From Raillietiella orientalis (taxonomy: Eukaryota): a stretch of DNA of 64,000 nt. The stretch covers positions 62,001-126,000 of the forward strand of contig JAYWIR010000107.1 of NCBI GenBank assembly GCA_036172245.1. Direction: 5' to 3'. Shown here piece after piece: positions 62,794 to 64,000 of the stretch. The notes under the pieces are model-generated. The model did not search any database. It was not told the DNA's origin and saw nothing but the letters and a program-made list of their open reading frames with translations. Both the position numbers and the translations under genes were made by a program. How positions within the stretch are numbered: the first letter of the stretch is position 1; each line of letters begins with the position of its first letter.

Positions 62794-64000
62794 CGCACGC
62801 GTTTTTGGTCAGCACCCGTGAGCGAAGCCAAAACTAGGTCTTGTGTGGATTGGAAGTGCGGCCGTTGGAAGGCAGAAATGCCTAAAGACGCCGCAGTACC
62901 TGCGACGGGAGACGTGAGGCCCACGTCTCCCCAGCCTATGGAGGTGGGGTCATGCCCCACCAGAAAATCAGCCCCCGCCACCCCGGAGAGGGCGTGGAAC
63001 AAGGTGGCCGCGGCGGCTCCGCCGGACGTGGTCACCGAAGTGCAGGCCTACATAAAGGAGGGCTACAAACCAGCCCTCCTTTACAAGGTAGGAAATCTTT
63101 ATTCACCGCTTACAACGCGGAAATTTGGAAACGCCATCCGTAGGATGGGAATCTCTGACGAGGAGATTCTTTGCTTCTCGATTCGGAGCGGCAGGCAGTT
63201 CGCGGAGCTGATCTGCAAAGATGCAGCGCTCACACACAAACTGCTCTACACGCCCGTTTCGTTCGAAGGGCGGAATCTCCTCCCACACACGGTGGATCAC
63301 TCTATGGTGATCCACGTCACGGATACAACGGTGCGGATGACCGATGAAGCCATCCGCACTGAAATCAACAATTTCGCGGAGATATACGCGATGTGGTCAA
63401 AGCCCAACGCCTTTACTTATTGAGGCGCATTCAGTGGGCGAGTTGCCGCGCGCGTAACTCTCCGCGAAAACAAAGTACTTCCCCACGAGCTTAAAGTCAA
63501 CGACGAGCTCGTCGACGTCTGGTACGTGAAGAAGAAAAAATACTGTGGGCTGTGCAACACATTCGGGCATCTTAAAAAAAGATGCCCGGATGCCACATGC
63601 GCAACCTGCGGTGCGAAGGGCCACACTAGTGCTGTGTGCCCGAAAAACGCCGCGACAACGCCTTCAGCCCCTTCGAGAAATAAGGGGAAGAAGGCAGAAT
63701 TTACAGCAAAGAGCGATGGAAAGCCGACTTCAGAAGAAGTCGTGCACAAGGAGCAGGAGCCTCAAAAGGAGACTTCTGATCCAAATGCCGACGAGGAAGG
63801 CTGGAAAATCGCTTCTGGCAAAAAACCCAAACAAATTGAAAACAAAACAAAAAAAATCCCCAGAAAAAACTCAAAAAATCAGAACGCGAGCGTTCCGAAA
63901 TAGCCCGCGGTCGGCAAACCAAAAATTCCGCCGCGCGACTTCATAAAGGAATGCCGCGTTACAATCGAGCGCGTTTCGTCGATCGAGCGTCGATCGGCGA
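62794..64000 (+). mobile_element. LINE 5' part (J), ORF1 with two zinc knuckles, runs off the window
   Basis: AYIKEGYKPALLYKV; CGLCNTFGHLKKRC; CATCGAKGHTSAVC. Confidence 0.88.

Noticed and set aside
1..64000. LTR/DIRS elements or host genes
   Set aside because: No protease, integrase, tyrosine recombinase, LTR pairs or non-TE coding sequence recognised.

Overview
Eukaryotic, GC-rich DNA made almost entirely of decayed non-LTR retrotransposons of the L1/Tx1 type. ORF1 has an N-terminal domain, two CCHC zinc knuckles and a disordered tail; ORF2 has an APE endonuclease, a reverse transcriptase and a C-terminal CxxC..H..C zinc finger. I see no host gene and cannot identify the organism. I count about 20 insertions from several related families (my working labels A-J, assigned by eye), one divergent full-length LINE (G) and one young tRNA-derived SINE. 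The insertions are nested, and target-site duplications (TSDs) allow part of the order to be rebuilt. The main result is that insertion sites look non-random: family B sits antisense at the same nucleotide of the RT 'AVDLxKAFD' motif of three different host families, and family C sits in sense in the APE 'GDFN' motif twice. These look like sequence-specific retrotransposons that target their relatives' catalytic motifs. Shared cis signals are a 3' AATAAA + 5-bp hairpin + short A tail (14 copies, one with compensatory changes), a 5' GGACGTGTTTT motif and a 1-nt ORF1-stop/ORF2-start overlap. Two probable twin-priming 5' inversions are present. No intact ORF2 was found. Element boundaries are approximate to a few bases.
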